A stretch of DNA of 64,000 bases. Origin: Candidatus Acidiferrales bacterium. Lineage in GTDB: Bacteria > Verrucomicrobiota > Verrucomicrobiia > Limisphaerales > UBA11358. A model generated the notes under the pieces. It did no database searches. It saw only the letters and a list, made by a program, of their open reading frames with translations, and was not told where the DNA came from. This document shows positions 17,135 through 26,332 of this stretch, one piece after another; the first letter of the stretch is position 1; every line of letters begins with the position of its first letter. The position numbers and the translations under genes were made by a program. Location: contig DATJYM010000273.1 in assembly GCA_035499615.1 (NCBI GenBank), positions 434-64,433 of the forward strand, written 5' to 3'.

Positions 17135-18103
17135 TCACTTCATCTTGTCGAAATTCTTCTGAAGAATCTGCCAGTCCTTCAAGCCTTTGACCTTTTCCAT
17201 CATGCCGCGCTGGATTTCCGCCTCCTTGGCGTTTTTGGTCGGCTTGTTGTTTTTGTAAAAAATACCGAAGTAACCGGGGAAATCCGCTCCGGCCAGTTTG
17301 TAAGCGGCCAGCTCATCGGTCACGTCGTGATCCTTCGGGACTTCGTTGAACACACCGCCTTTGCGCGGATTGGCGGCGTCGAACGCGCCTTCGTAAAATT
17401 CCACGCACTCGCTCAGGCATTCCACGAAGCCGAAACCGTCGTGGTCCATCGCGGCTTCCATCATCGCCAGGACGTGGTTCGGATTCGTGGACGTGGTGCG
17501 GGCGACAAAGGTGGCGCCGGCGGCAACGGCCTGTTTCATCGGGTTGATGGGATAATCCACCGCGCCCCACGGATCGGTCTTGCTCTTGAACCCGAGCGGC
17601 GATGTTGGCGAGGTCTGTTTCTTGGTCAGCCCATAAACCCAGTTGTCCATGACCACGTAGGTCATCTTGATGTTTTTCCGCGCGGTATGATTGAAATGAT
17701 TGCCGCCAATGGAAAACGCATCGCCGTCGCCGCCGAAAACGAACACGTGCAGATCCGGCCGCGAAAGCGAAATGCCCGTGGCGAACGGCAGCGCGCGCCC
17801 ATGAATGTAATGCACACCGTGCGCCTGCACAAAATACGGAAACCGGCTTGAGCAACCGATGCCCGCGACGGTCGTGATATTCTCATGCCATAGTTTGCGC
17901 TTTTCGATGAGCTTGAAATACAACGCGAGCACCGAAAAATCGCCGCAGCCGGGGCACCACGTCGGGTGATCGGCAGCGATTTCCTTTTTCGTCAGACCCT
18001 TGCGTTCGACAACCGGCGGTGCCGCAGCGGGGGCCGGGGTGGCGACGGGCACAGCCGCACGCATGGGGTTTTCGACAATCGTTTCGTTCATAACATCCTT
18101 CAA
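17135..18103 (-). CDS. korB: 2-oxoacid:ferredoxin oxidoreductase beta subunit
   Basis: 322 aa. Contains CPGCGDFSVL and the TPP-binding motif VFGGDGDAFSIGGNH. Confidence 0.9.
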   Translation of the reverse strand: MKDVMNETIVENPMRAAVPVATPAPAAAPPVVERKGLTKKEIAADHPTWCPGCGDFSVLALYFKLIEKRKLWHENITTVAGIGCSSRFPYFVQAHGVHYIHGRALPFATGISLSRPDLHVFVFGGDGDAFSIGGNHFNHTARKNIKMTYVVMDNWVYGLTKKQTSPTSPLGFKSKTDPWGAVDYPINPMKQAVAAGATFVARTTSTNPNHVLAMMEAAMDHDGFGFVECLSECVEFYEGAFDAANPRKGGVFNEVPKDHDVTDELAAYKLAGADFPGYFGIFYKNNKPTKNAKEAEIQRGMMEKVKGLKDWQILQKNFDKMK

Positions 18104-18112
18104 ATTTGAATA

Positions 18113-19945
18113 TTAGACGGTTTTAGCGCCCTGGCCGTTCGATGACAATTTCAGTTTCGCCGCCGCGAGAATTTCCTTCACCTTCCAGGTCAGGCCGTCG
18201 GTTTTGTTAATGCCCCGGATCCGGGGGTCGCAATAGCGGGCGCGCAACATGCCGGCCAGTTGACCATAACCGTAAAATCCTTCATCGTTCATTTCCACGA
18301 CAAACACGTGGTGGAATCCGGAGAAAATATTGTCCAGGCCGTTTGGCAGCGGATGGAGATGTTTGATGTGTAATGACGAGATGCTGTCGCCGGCGGCCCG
18401 GGCCTGATCCACTGCCTCACGGATCGGACCTTGCGTCGAACCCCAGCCGACGAGCAGTACGTTGCCCTCCGGCGGGCCGTAAACTTTCGGCACCGACAAC
18501 GTTTTTTGGAGGGCCAGCAGCTTCCGGCGTCGCTTGGCGACCATGGCCTGGTGCATCTTGGGCGAGCCGGTGGGGTGACCAGCTTCATCATGCTCCAGGC
18601 CGGTGGCAATGGGATAGATTCCGTTATTGATGCGCGTGCCGGGCACCACGCGCGGCACGACGCCGTCCGTGGCGGACAAATCGTACGGTTTGAAATCAGG
18701 GACGGGCGAAAGGTCGGGTGAAATGTTCTGGCAAACTTTTTCCAGGTTTGGTTCCGGAAACGCTTCGATGCGCGTGGCGATGGACTGATCGCTCAAAATC
18801 ATGACCGGTACATTGTATTTGCGCGCGATATTGACGGCCTCGATGGCGGTGTAAAAACAATCCTCGACGTTTGCGGGGGCGAGGACAACGCGGGGCGAGT
18901 CGCCGTGGCTGCCGAAGCGGGCGATGTTCAGATCGGATTGCTCGACGTTCGTCGGCAGGCCGGTGGACGGGCCGCCGCGTTGCACGTCCACAATGATCAG
19001 CGGCACCTCGGCCATCACGCCCCAGCCGATCGATTCCATTTTGAGGGATATGCCCGGACCGCTGGAACCCGTGACCGCGACGCGCCCGGCATAACCCGCA
19101 CCCATGGCCATCGAGACGGAGGCGATTTCATCCTCGCACTGGACGAACGTGCCGCCGTATTTGGGCAGTTCACGCCGGAGCAACTCCATGATGTCCGTCC
19201 ACGGCGTAATGGGATAGCCCGCGCCGAAGCGAACGCCGGCAGCGATGAGGCCAAGGCCCAACGCCTCATTGCCGTTCATCACCACTTGTTGTCCTTCGCG
19301 CTTTTGGCTTTCGGAAAACTGGAACGTCTCCAGCAAATTGCTCACGTCATGGGCATAACCGCCATGAAAAGCCGCCAGCGCATTTTTAACAATACTCTCG
19401 TCCTTGCCGCCGAAACGCTCGGCGATGAGCTTTTCCAGTTTCGGCACGTTCAGGTCGAACATCCGCGCGATGAGGCCGAGCGCGTAAATGTTTTTGCCCT
19501 TGTCCTTGGCCGTGCCCCCGATGGCTTCGACGGTCAGGCTGGAAATCGGGATGCCGACGTGATGGTAGTCCTTTTCCCATTCCGGCTTCATCTGAACGTG
19601 GTCGGAGTCGTAAAGCACAATGCCGTGCTTTTTGAGCGAACCGATATGGCCCTCGTAGGAATGCTGGTAGAATGCCAGCAGCACGTCCGCCTCGTCGCCG
19701 GCGCTCAAGACCTCGCCCGAACCGATGCGAACCTGAAAAATAGACGGACCGCCGGAGATGGTGGCGGGAATGGTCATGAACGTCATGACTTCCTGTTCGC
19801 TCCGGCCGGCCAGCCGCGCCAGAAAGCCGCCGATGGCCTGGATGCCGTCCTGGGAATTGCCGGCGATGCGGATGACCGCCTCGTTGATGCGCGAAATTTT
19901 TGGCGCGCCGCCGGAGGCCGACGCGGTTGTCATTGTATCACTCAT
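18113..19945 (-). CDS. korA: 2-oxoacid:ferredoxin oxidoreductase alpha subunit
   Basis: 610 aa, directly upstream of korB. Typical KorA/PorA-gamma fusion pattern (AGYPITPWT, GSSGPG). Confidence 0.88.
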   Translation of the reverse strand: MSDTMTTASASGGAPKISRINEAVIRIAGNSQDGIQAIGGFLARLAGRSEQEVMTFMTIPATISGGPSIFQVRIGSGEVLSAGDEADVLLAFYQHSYEGHIGSLKKHGIVLYDSDHVQMKPEWEKDYHHVGIPISSLTVEAIGGTAKDKGKNIYALGLIARMFDLNVPKLEKLIAERFGGKDESIVKNALAAFHGGYAHDVSNLLETFQFSESQKREGQQVVMNGNEALGLGLIAAGVRFGAGYPITPWTDIMELLRRELPKYGGTFVQCEDEIASVSMAMGAGYAGRVAVTGSSGPGISLKMESIGWGVMAEVPLIIVDVQRGGPSTGLPTNVEQSDLNIARFGSHGDSPRVVLAPANVEDCFYTAIEAVNIARKYNVPVMILSDQSIATRIEAFPEPNLEKVCQNISPDLSPVPDFKPYDLSATDGVVPRVVPGTRINNGIYPIATGLEHDEAGHPTGSPKMHQAMVAKRRRKLLALQKTLSVPKVYGPPEGNVLLVGWGSTQGPIREAVDQARAAGDSISSLHIKHLHPLPNGLDNIFSGFHHVFVVEMNDEGFYGYGQLAGMLRARYCDPRIRGINKTDGLTWKVKEILAAAKLKLSSNGQGAKTV

Positions 19946-20237
19946 GAAACCTCAAACTTAAATTTAACCCGTGCAGGGTGAGATGGACCACTGGATGTGA
20001 ATCAACACTGCACCATTGCCTTCCCACATTAAGCTACGCAAAGCGACTGTGTCAAATTCTAATCCTTTATATATGTGATTGCCAATGAATAATTTGCGTT
20101 AATTTACATGACTGTCATTGAGGTGGCAAAAAATGTGGATTAGACCGAATTATGCCCCTGTCCGGGCGTTGGAAATTATCTTTTGCGCCTCGCGCCCCTT
20201 GCGCGGCGGCGGCCAGGTGCGTTAGCGTCCGGTTGTC

Positions 20238-20666
20238 ATGACGTTGCAGGAACAGTACGACGAGGCAATGTTCGATTTCAGCCGCAGTGACTTCGCGGGG
20301 GCCATCGCCAGGCTCAACGCGGTGCTGGCCGTCGACCCCGCGCATTTCGACGCCCAACTGGCCCTGGGCATGGCGCATTATCGCCAGGGCGATTACGCCG
20401 CCGCCATCGCCGAGGGCCTTAAGGCCGAACAACTCCGCCCCCGCGAACAACTGGTTCACACGAACCTGTCCCTGTTTTATATGAAGGCAGGCGACAAACA
20501 AAAGGCCGAGCAGCACGGCCTGCAGGCGAAGATTGAGTCCTGGCGGGCCGACGCCACCCAGGCCAAAGAGCCCGACGCAAAGTCCGGACCCAATGCCGAA
20601 TTGCAGATGGCGCGGCCGAAACCGCCGCCGGTCAAATTTCCCAGCCAGCCGTGGAAGAAGAAGTGA
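20238..20666 (+). CDS. TPR-repeat protein
   Basis: 142 aa with TPR-like repeats (FAGAIARLNAVLAVDP, LALGMAHYRQGDYAAAI) and a basic Pro-rich tail. Confidence 0.7.
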   Translation: MTLQEQYDEAMFDFSRSDFAGAIARLNAVLAVDPAHFDAQLALGMAHYRQGDYAAAIAEGLKAEQLRPREQLVHTNLSLFYMKAGDKQKAEQHGLQAKIESWRADATQAKEPDAKSGPNAELQMARPKPPPVKFPSQPWKKK

Positions 20667-20755
20667 CATCGGGATTCGTTAAATGGGTTGAAAGTGATAT
20701 CGGAAGGTCTTACAACTCGTCCACCTGATTTAACCAGTTACGGTTTGCTACCGAT

Positions 20756-21037
20756 ATGAAAACCGCCTATGAACTCGCGATGGAGCGTTTGCAAAAAAGC
20801 GTGCCATCGAAAAAATTGACCGGGGCGCAAAAAAAGGAATTGGCGGAGCTCGATTCCCAATACGCCGCCAAAATCGCCGGGCGAGAACTTGCACTGGCAG
20901 ATGAAATCAACACGACTCGCGGGACCGGCGATATGGAGAAGGCCGGAAAGCTACAGGAGCAATTGGTTGTGGAACGCAAGAAACTTCTGGCCGAGCTGGA
21001 GGAGAAAAAGGAGAAGGTGCGACAGGCGGCTGGATGA
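20756..21037 (+). CDS. hypothetical coiled-coil protein
   Basis: 93-aa Lys/Glu-rich ORF with a clean ATG. No family recognised. Confidence 0.5.
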   Translation: MKTAYELAMERLQKSVPSKKLTGAQKKELAELDSQYAAKIAGRELALADEINTTRGTGDMEKAGKLQEQLVVERKKLLAELEEKKEKVRQAAG

Positions 21038-21100
21038 GGTTGGGGAGTTGCCCGACAGCACATTTCAGGCTTCGCCGCAACGTTGATCGCGAATGAAAAA

Positions 21101-21184
21101 TGGTGCGCGCGAGAGGACTTGAACCTCCAACCCTTACGGGACCAGATCCTAAGTCTGGCGCGTCTGCCATTCCGCCACGCGCGC
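21101..21184 (-). tRNA. tRNA-Leu (anticodon UAG), CCA encoded
   Basis: The reverse complement reads GCGCGCGTGGCGGAATGGCAGACGCGCCAGACTTAGGATCTGGTCCCGTAAGGGTTGGAGGTTCAAGTCCTCTCGCGCGCACCA. It folds as a cloverleaf with a long variable arm and anticodon loop CTTAGGA. Confidence 0.95.
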
Positions 21185-21285
21185 AACCGCAACAAATTGC
21201 GCCCCGAACCCGCGAATCTCAAGTCCCTTTTGCCTTGAGCCAACGCGCGATTGCGCCTATTAAAGGGTTCGTTTAGGTTCGCATC

Positions 21286-22074
21286 ATGTCATTTGGGAAT
21301 CGCCTTTGGTCCGTTGTGTTTGCCGTTTGGATCGGGATCACGTTGAGCGGCTGCCTGCCGTCGGACCAAAATCAGTCCGAAGAGGAAAAGGAACCGCACT
21401 TTGTCCTCGGCAAGAGCCGTATCAACGCCATGGATTATCAAGGCGCCGTCCAGGCATTTGAGGAATCATTGGAAACCAATCCGCATTCGGCCGCCGCTCA
21501 TTTTGAACTCGGCTGGCTTTATGATGAAAAGGAATCCGATCCGGCCGCGGCGATCTTTCATTATCAGCAATACCTGAAGCTTTCGCCCAACGCGGGCAAC
21601 GCCGAGGTCATCCGGCAACGCATCGAAAGTTGCAAGCAACAGTTGGCGGCCGATGTGCTGCCCCTGCCGAGCACGCCCGCCGCGCAAAAACAAATCAATC
21701 AACTCATCGAACAGAACCAGCAGTTGCAGGACGAAGTCAATAAATGGCGCGCCTATTACGCCAGCCAGGCGACGGTAAAAAATCCGTCTGCGCCGGCACC
21801 GGATTCGGGTGTGACACCGGCCGCCGCGAATCCGGCTTCAACCCCGCAGACCGCCAATTCCTCTACTCCGGCGGGAAAGCCGGGTGACCGCGGCGTGGCG
21901 CATTCGTCCGCAACCCGGGCCGCGTTGCGTACACACAGGGTCGCCGCCGGTGAAACGCCCGTTCGCATCGCGCGCGAGTATGGCGTTTCCTTGGATGCCT
22001 TGCTGGCCGCCAACCCGGGTTTGGAGCCCCGGCGGTTGCGGGTCGGTCAGATTTTGAACATACCCGCTCCCTAG
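21286..22074 (+). CDS. lipoprotein with TPR region and C-terminal LysM domain
   Basis: Lipobox ITLSGC, a TPR-like segment, a Pro/Ala/Thr linker, and a LysM-like C-terminus HRVAAGETPVRIAREYGVSLDALLAANPGL...GQILNIP. Confidence 0.75.
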   Translation: MSFGNRLWSVVFAVWIGITLSGCLPSDQNQSEEEKEPHFVLGKSRINAMDYQGAVQAFEESLETNPHSAAAHFELGWLYDEKESDPAAAIFHYQQYLKLSPNAGNAEVIRQRIESCKQQLAADVLPLPSTPAAQKQINQLIEQNQQLQDEVNKWRAYYASQATVKNPSAPAPDSGVTPAAANPASTPQTANSSTPAGKPGDRGVAHSSATRAALRTHRVAAGETPVRIAREYGVSLDALLAANPGLEPRRLRVGQILNIPAP

Positions 22075-22082
22075 GTCGCCCT

Positions 22083-22886
22083 ATGATTTCACGAATTGCC
22101 TTTCTGCTGATCGCCGTGTTTTGGATTGCGATGAATGTCCTGTTGTGGCGGGCCGAGTATGTTCACAACGGCATCGGTATTCGCGTGCCCCTGGCTTTGG
22201 TCCTGCAGAAAATTTTAACCGCACCGGACATTTCTTCGCTGACCGTTTTCCAGGACGGCGACCGGATCGGCTTCTGCGAATTCTCGACGAGCGTCGAACA
22301 GGAAATGGCCACCCTCGACGAGGGCAAACCCGTGCCGGAGGGCGTCAATACTCATGCGGGTTATCAAATTCGATTTAATGGGAATGTCGGCCTGGGCGAT
22401 TTTACCAACCGGCTCACGTTTAACGGGATCCTCGAATTTACCCGCCAACGCGCGTGGCGTGAATTGAACCTGAAGGTTTCGTCGCATTTCGCCACGGTCG
22501 AAATCCACTCGCTGGCGGCCGATCGGAGTGTTCAAGTGACCATCACCACCGATGAGCTCAGTACCGAGCGCGTGTTCAGTTTTGACGACCTGGAGAATCC
22601 CAACGGTTTGATACACGCATTTGCGGGAAACCTGGGCGGAGACTGGGCCCAAGGGCTGGATCTGCCGGTTGTTTCCGGGACGCCGGACATGCTCGCGCAA
22701 AATATTCACTGGGACGTGCATCTGGACCGCTTGACCCTGGGCCGGGAATCCGTGCCGGCGTATCGCTTGGAGGCGCGTGTGCTCGACCACCCGATCGTCG
22801 TTTATGTCAGCACCCTCGGCGAAATCTTGCATGTTGAATTGCCCGGCGGCGTGACCGCCGCGTTCGACCAACTCGGCAACCCCTGA
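22083..22886 (+). CDS. hypothetical protein with an N-terminal membrane anchor
   Basis: 267 aa with one N-terminal hydrophobic helix followed by a beta-rich soluble part. The gaps to the neighbouring genes are 8 nt on each side. Confidence 0.6.
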   Translation: MISRIAFLLIAVFWIAMNVLLWRAEYVHNGIGIRVPLALVLQKILTAPDISSLTVFQDGDRIGFCEFSTSVEQEMATLDEGKPVPEGVNTHAGYQIRFNGNVGLGDFTNRLTFNGILEFTRQRAWRELNLKVSSHFATVEIHSLAADRSVQVTITTDELSTERVFSFDDLENPNGLIHAFAGNLGGDWAQGLDLPVVSGTPDMLAQNIHWDVHLDRLTLGRESVPAYRLEARVLDHPIVVYVSTLGEILHVELPGGVTAAFDQLGNP

Positions 22887-22894
22887 GTCGCACC

Positions 22895-23620
22895 GTGATT
22901 GAACTCGTCCATCTGGTAAAAAAATTCGGCGACCTCGTCGCGGTCAACGATATCAGCCTGACCATCCCCCGCGGGGAATTTTTTGCGGTGCTCGGCCCCA
23001 ATGCCGCCGGCAAGACGACAACGCTGAAGATTCTTGCCGGCCTGATGAAACCGACCGCTGGCAGCGCGTGCGTTTGTGGCTTTGATACGCAGGCCGACGC
23101 GCTCGAAGTCCACCGTCGGCTCGCGTACGTGCCGGATTTTCCATTTCTTTATGACAAACTCACGGCTGCGGAGTTTTTCCGCTTTATCGGACAACTGTTT
23201 GGAATGACGGAGGCACAAATCGAGACGAACGCGAAGGAATTGGTCGCGCGTTTTCATCTGACCGACTTTGCCAACCTCCCTCTGGAAAGCCTCTCGCATG
23301 GTACACGCCAGCGCGTGGCCATTGTGTCCGCGCTGCTTCACGATCCCGAGGTCTTTGTGATTGATGAACCCATGGTGGGACTCGATCCGCAACATGCGCG
23401 CGTGGTCAAGGATGTGTTCAAGGAGCGGTCCCGCGCCGGAATGACCGTGCTGATGTCCACGCACGAACTGAGTGTGGCCGAAGAAATGGCCGACCGTATC
23501 GGCATCATCAGCAGCGGAAAATTGATCGCCGTCGGTACGCGGGACGAACTCCGCAAACAAAGCGGCAAGTCCGGTCCGCTGGAGGAGGTTTTTCTGACGT
23601 TGACTGCCGAGACGAAATGA
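22895..23620 (+). CDS. ABC transporter ATP-binding protein (ABC-2/DrrA-like); no adjacent permease
   Basis: GTG start. Walker A VLGPNAAGKTTTLK, signature LSHGTRQRVAIV, Walker B VFVIDEPMVGLD. Confidence 0.88.
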   Translation: MIELVHLVKKFGDLVAVNDISLTIPRGEFFAVLGPNAAGKTTTLKILAGLMKPTAGSACVCGFDTQADALEVHRRLAYVPDFPFLYDKLTAAEFFRFIGQLFGMTEAQIETNAKELVARFHLTDFANLPLESLSHGTRQRVAIVSALLHDPEVFVIDEPMVGLDPQHARVVKDVFKERSRAGMTVLMSTHELSVAEEMADRIGIISSGKLIAVGTRDELRKQSGKSGPLEEVFLTLTAETK

Positions 23621-23718
23621 TGTGCCGTTTGAGCTCTTGCCTTTTGGGCCGCCACTATTAAAATGTGCCAAGTTGGCGCGCTGCCGAATGCAGGAATTCG
23701 GCACCTGATGGATGTTTT

Positions 23719-24951
23719 ATGGCTAAATCCAGCTTTCTCGACAAGGTGCTCGGCCGTATTGGGCGGCTGGATGCCGAGGGTTTGCAGACCGTGGTCAAGC
23801 GCTTGGCCCGGGAACGGAGTTTTCTCGAGACGTTGTTTAACACAATTGAAGATGGAGTGTTGGTGGTGGATGAACAGGGCCGGATTATTTACTTCAACCA
23901 GGCCGTTACCCGTTTGCTGGGCCTGCAGTCGGGGACCGAAGGACAGCACGTCGCCCGCTTCCTGCCGGAACTTGATTGGGAAGACCTTTCGCGGTTTGAC
24001 AGTGAAGGCGGGGCCCGCGTCGCACGACATGAATTTGAAGTGAATTATCCGCGTCCGCGCTTTTTGCGATTATACGCCGCGCCCCTCGACGGCAAAGCGG
24101 CTGGCAGTTCCGGAGTCGCCCTGATTTTGCATGATGCCACGGAAACGCGGCAACAAACCTTTGAGGCCATTGAAAGCGAGCGCGTTCAGGCACTGACTTT
24201 GCTGGCCGCCAGCGTCGCGCACGAAATCGGGAATCCCCTCAACGCGCTGCATATTCATTTGCAGCTCATGGAACGCGAATTGAAAAAGATAAGAAACGAC
24301 GAGTGGCGGGCCGCGTCGCCCGCCGCCTCGCAACCGTCACTCCGGGAAATGTCAAACAAGCTTTCCCAGTATCTGGACGTTGCCAAGGGCGAAATCAACC
24401 GGCTGGATTACATTATTACTCAATTTTTGCAGGCAATCCGCCCGGCGGCGCCGCAATTGGAATTGGTTTCCCTGAATGAAATTGTGGAAAGAACGCTGGA
24501 TTTGCTCAAGCCGGAGTTGACCAACCGCGGATTGAACGTGAAAAAACGGTTGGCACGCCGGCTGACGGCGGCGCCGGTGGACGCAACCCAGATGCAACAG
24601 GTGTTGGTGAACCTTATCAAAAACGCCGTGCAGGCGATGACCAAGGGTGGCACGCTGACGCTGCAGACCGGCGAGGGAGCCGACGGCGTGTGGGTGAGTG
24701 TGGTTGACACCGGCGGCGGCATTCCCCAGGAACAAATCAACCGCATTTTCGAGCCGTTCTATACGACCAAAAAGAAGGGCACCGGACTGGGCTTGATGAT
24801 TGTGCAGCGCATCGTGCGTGCGCACGGCGGAAAAATCGAGTTGGAAAGTCACGCCGGCCGCGGCACCACGTTCCGGGTCTGGTTGCCGCTGCACGAACAC
24901 CGGCCACGCCTGCTCGAGGAAAAAACGGAAACACCGGCTGAAAAACTGTGA
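23719..24951 (+). CDS. sensor histidine kinase (PAS-HisKA-HATPase, NtrB-like)
   Basis: H-box SVAHEIGNPLNAL and ATPase boxes DTGGGIP and GTGLGL. Start trimmed to MAKSSF. The stop overlaps the next start by 4 nt. Confidence 0.88.
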   Translation: MAKSSFLDKVLGRIGRLDAEGLQTVVKRLARERSFLETLFNTIEDGVLVVDEQGRIIYFNQAVTRLLGLQSGTEGQHVARFLPELDWEDLSRFDSEGGARVARHEFEVNYPRPRFLRLYAAPLDGKAAGSSGVALILHDATETRQQTFEAIESERVQALTLLAASVAHEIGNPLNALHIHLQLMERELKKIRNDEWRAASPAASQPSLREMSNKLSQYLDVAKGEINRLDYIITQFLQAIRPAAPQLELVSLNEIVERTLDLLKPELTNRGLNVKKRLARRLTAAPVDATQMQQVLVNLIKNAVQAMTKGGTLTLQTGEGADGVWVSVVDTGGGIPQEQINRIFEPFYTTKKKGTGLGLMIVQRIVRAHGGKIELESHAGRGTTFRVWLPLHEHRPRLLEEKTETPAEKL

Positions 24952-26330
24952 TGGAGAAACCGACCTTGTTGATCGTGGATGACGAGAAGCCAACGCGCGA
25001 CGGGCTGCGCGCGGCGCTCGAGGATCGTTATGATGTCTATGTGGCCGAGGATGCCCGGGCGGCGATGGATTTGCTGGAGCGCGACAACTTTGACGTCTTG
25101 CTGACGGATTTTCGGCTGCCGACCGAGGACGGCATGAAATTGATCGGGCGCGCCAAATCACTGGCCCGGCCCCCCATTTGCATCCTGATGACCGCTTACG
25201 GATCGGAAGAACTGGCGGTGGACGCCATGAAACGCGGGGCGGACGACTATGTTCCCAAGGGCCGGCTGCAGATTGATGAACTGGAAATGCGCATTGCGCG
25301 TGCCTTGCGCCGGCAGGGCCTCGAAACGGAAAACGTTTCCCTGCGCCGGCAGCTCGATACCAAATTTGGCCTCGAGAACATCGTCGGCCAATCGCCCGCG
25401 ATGAAGGAAATTTTTGAAGTGGTCCAGCAGGTTGCCCCGACCCGGGCCACGGTTTTGCTCAGCGGCGAGAGTGGCACGGGCAAGGAGTTGATTGCCCGGG
25501 CCATTCACCAGCTCAGTCCCCGCGCGAAGCAGCCGCTGGTGATTGTACACGGTGCGGCGCTGGCGCCGACGCTGCTGGAGAGCGAGCTGTTCGGCCATGA
25601 AAAAGGCGCTTTTACCGGAGCGCACGAACGGCGCATCGGCCGTTTCGAACAAGCCCAGGGAGGCACCTTGTTTCTCGACGAAATCGGCGAGATTGACGCA
25701 ACCCTCCAGGTGAAGCTGCTGCGTTTTCTGGGCGAGCGGACGTTTGAACGGGTTGGCTCAAACAAGACCTTGACCGCGGACGTGCGGCTCGTGGCCGCAA
25801 CCAATAAGAACCTGGAGGAACTGGTCAAGGCGGGAAGTTTCCGCGAAGATTTGTTTTTCCGGCTGCGGGTGGTGGAAATCCATCTGCCGCCGTTACGCGA
25901 GCGGCCGGAAGACATTCCCCTCCTGGCGCAAAGGTTTTCGCGCGAGTTTGCGGAGGAAAACAACAAGCCGGTGAACGGCTTCACGCCCGATGCCCTGGAG
26001 CGGCTGATGAATCATTCCTGGCCGGGCAATGTGCGCGAACTGCGCACGGCCATCGAGCATGCGGTGGTATTGTGCCGGGGCGAAAAAATTTCCGCGCGCG
26101 ATTTGCCCCGGCAAATTTCCGGCGGCGGACGGGGCGGTCCGGCCGGGCACGCCGACGAGGCGCAACTATTTGCGCGAAATGATTTGACAGTGAAGGAGGC
26201 CGAGAAACAATTAATCATTCTTGCCTTGAAAGAGACCAAAGGCAATCGCACACTGGCCGCCAAAAAGGTCGGCATGAGCCGGCGGACATTTCACCGCAAA
26301 CTGCACACCTATCACCTGGAAGGGCTTTAA
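24948..26330 (+). CDS. sigma-54-dependent response regulator (NtrC family)
   Basis: Receiver domain, AAA+ Walker A GESGTGKE, sigma-54 contact loop EKGAFTGA, and a C-terminal HTH. Confidence 0.92.
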   Translation: MMEKPTLLIVDDEKPTRDGLRAALEDRYDVYVAEDARAAMDLLERDNFDVLLTDFRLPTEDGMKLIGRAKSLARPPICILMTAYGSEELAVDAMKRGADDYVPKGRLQIDELEMRIARALRRQGLETENVSLRRQLDTKFGLENIVGQSPAMKEIFEVVQQVAPTRATVLLSGESGTGKELIARAIHQLSPRAKQPLVIVHGAALAPTLLESELFGHEKGAFTGAHERRIGRFEQAQGGTLFLDEIGEIDATLQVKLLRFLGERTFERVGSNKTLTADVRLVAATNKNLEELVKAGSFREDLFFRLRVVEIHLPPLRERPEDIPLLAQRFSREFAEENNKPVNGFTPDALERLMNHSWPGNVRELRTAIEHAVVLCRGEKISARDLPRQISGGGRGGPAGHADEAQLFARNDLTVKEAEKQLIILALKETKGNRTLAAKKVGMSRRTFHRKLHTYHLEGL

Positions 26331-26332
26331 CT

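Noticed and set aside
20027-20055. Sigma-70-like promoter for korAB (TTGACA-N17-TTAATG on the minus strand)
   Set aside because: The -35 is perfect, but the -10 matches TATAAT at only 2-3 of 6 positions, and the promoter consensus of this lineage is unknown to me. Not reported as a feature.
20115-20669. 184-aa minus-strand ORF
   Set aside because: It is fully antisense to the TPR-repeat gene (20238-20666), which has clear TPR periodicity. The antisense product is Gly/Leu/Arg-rich with no motif.
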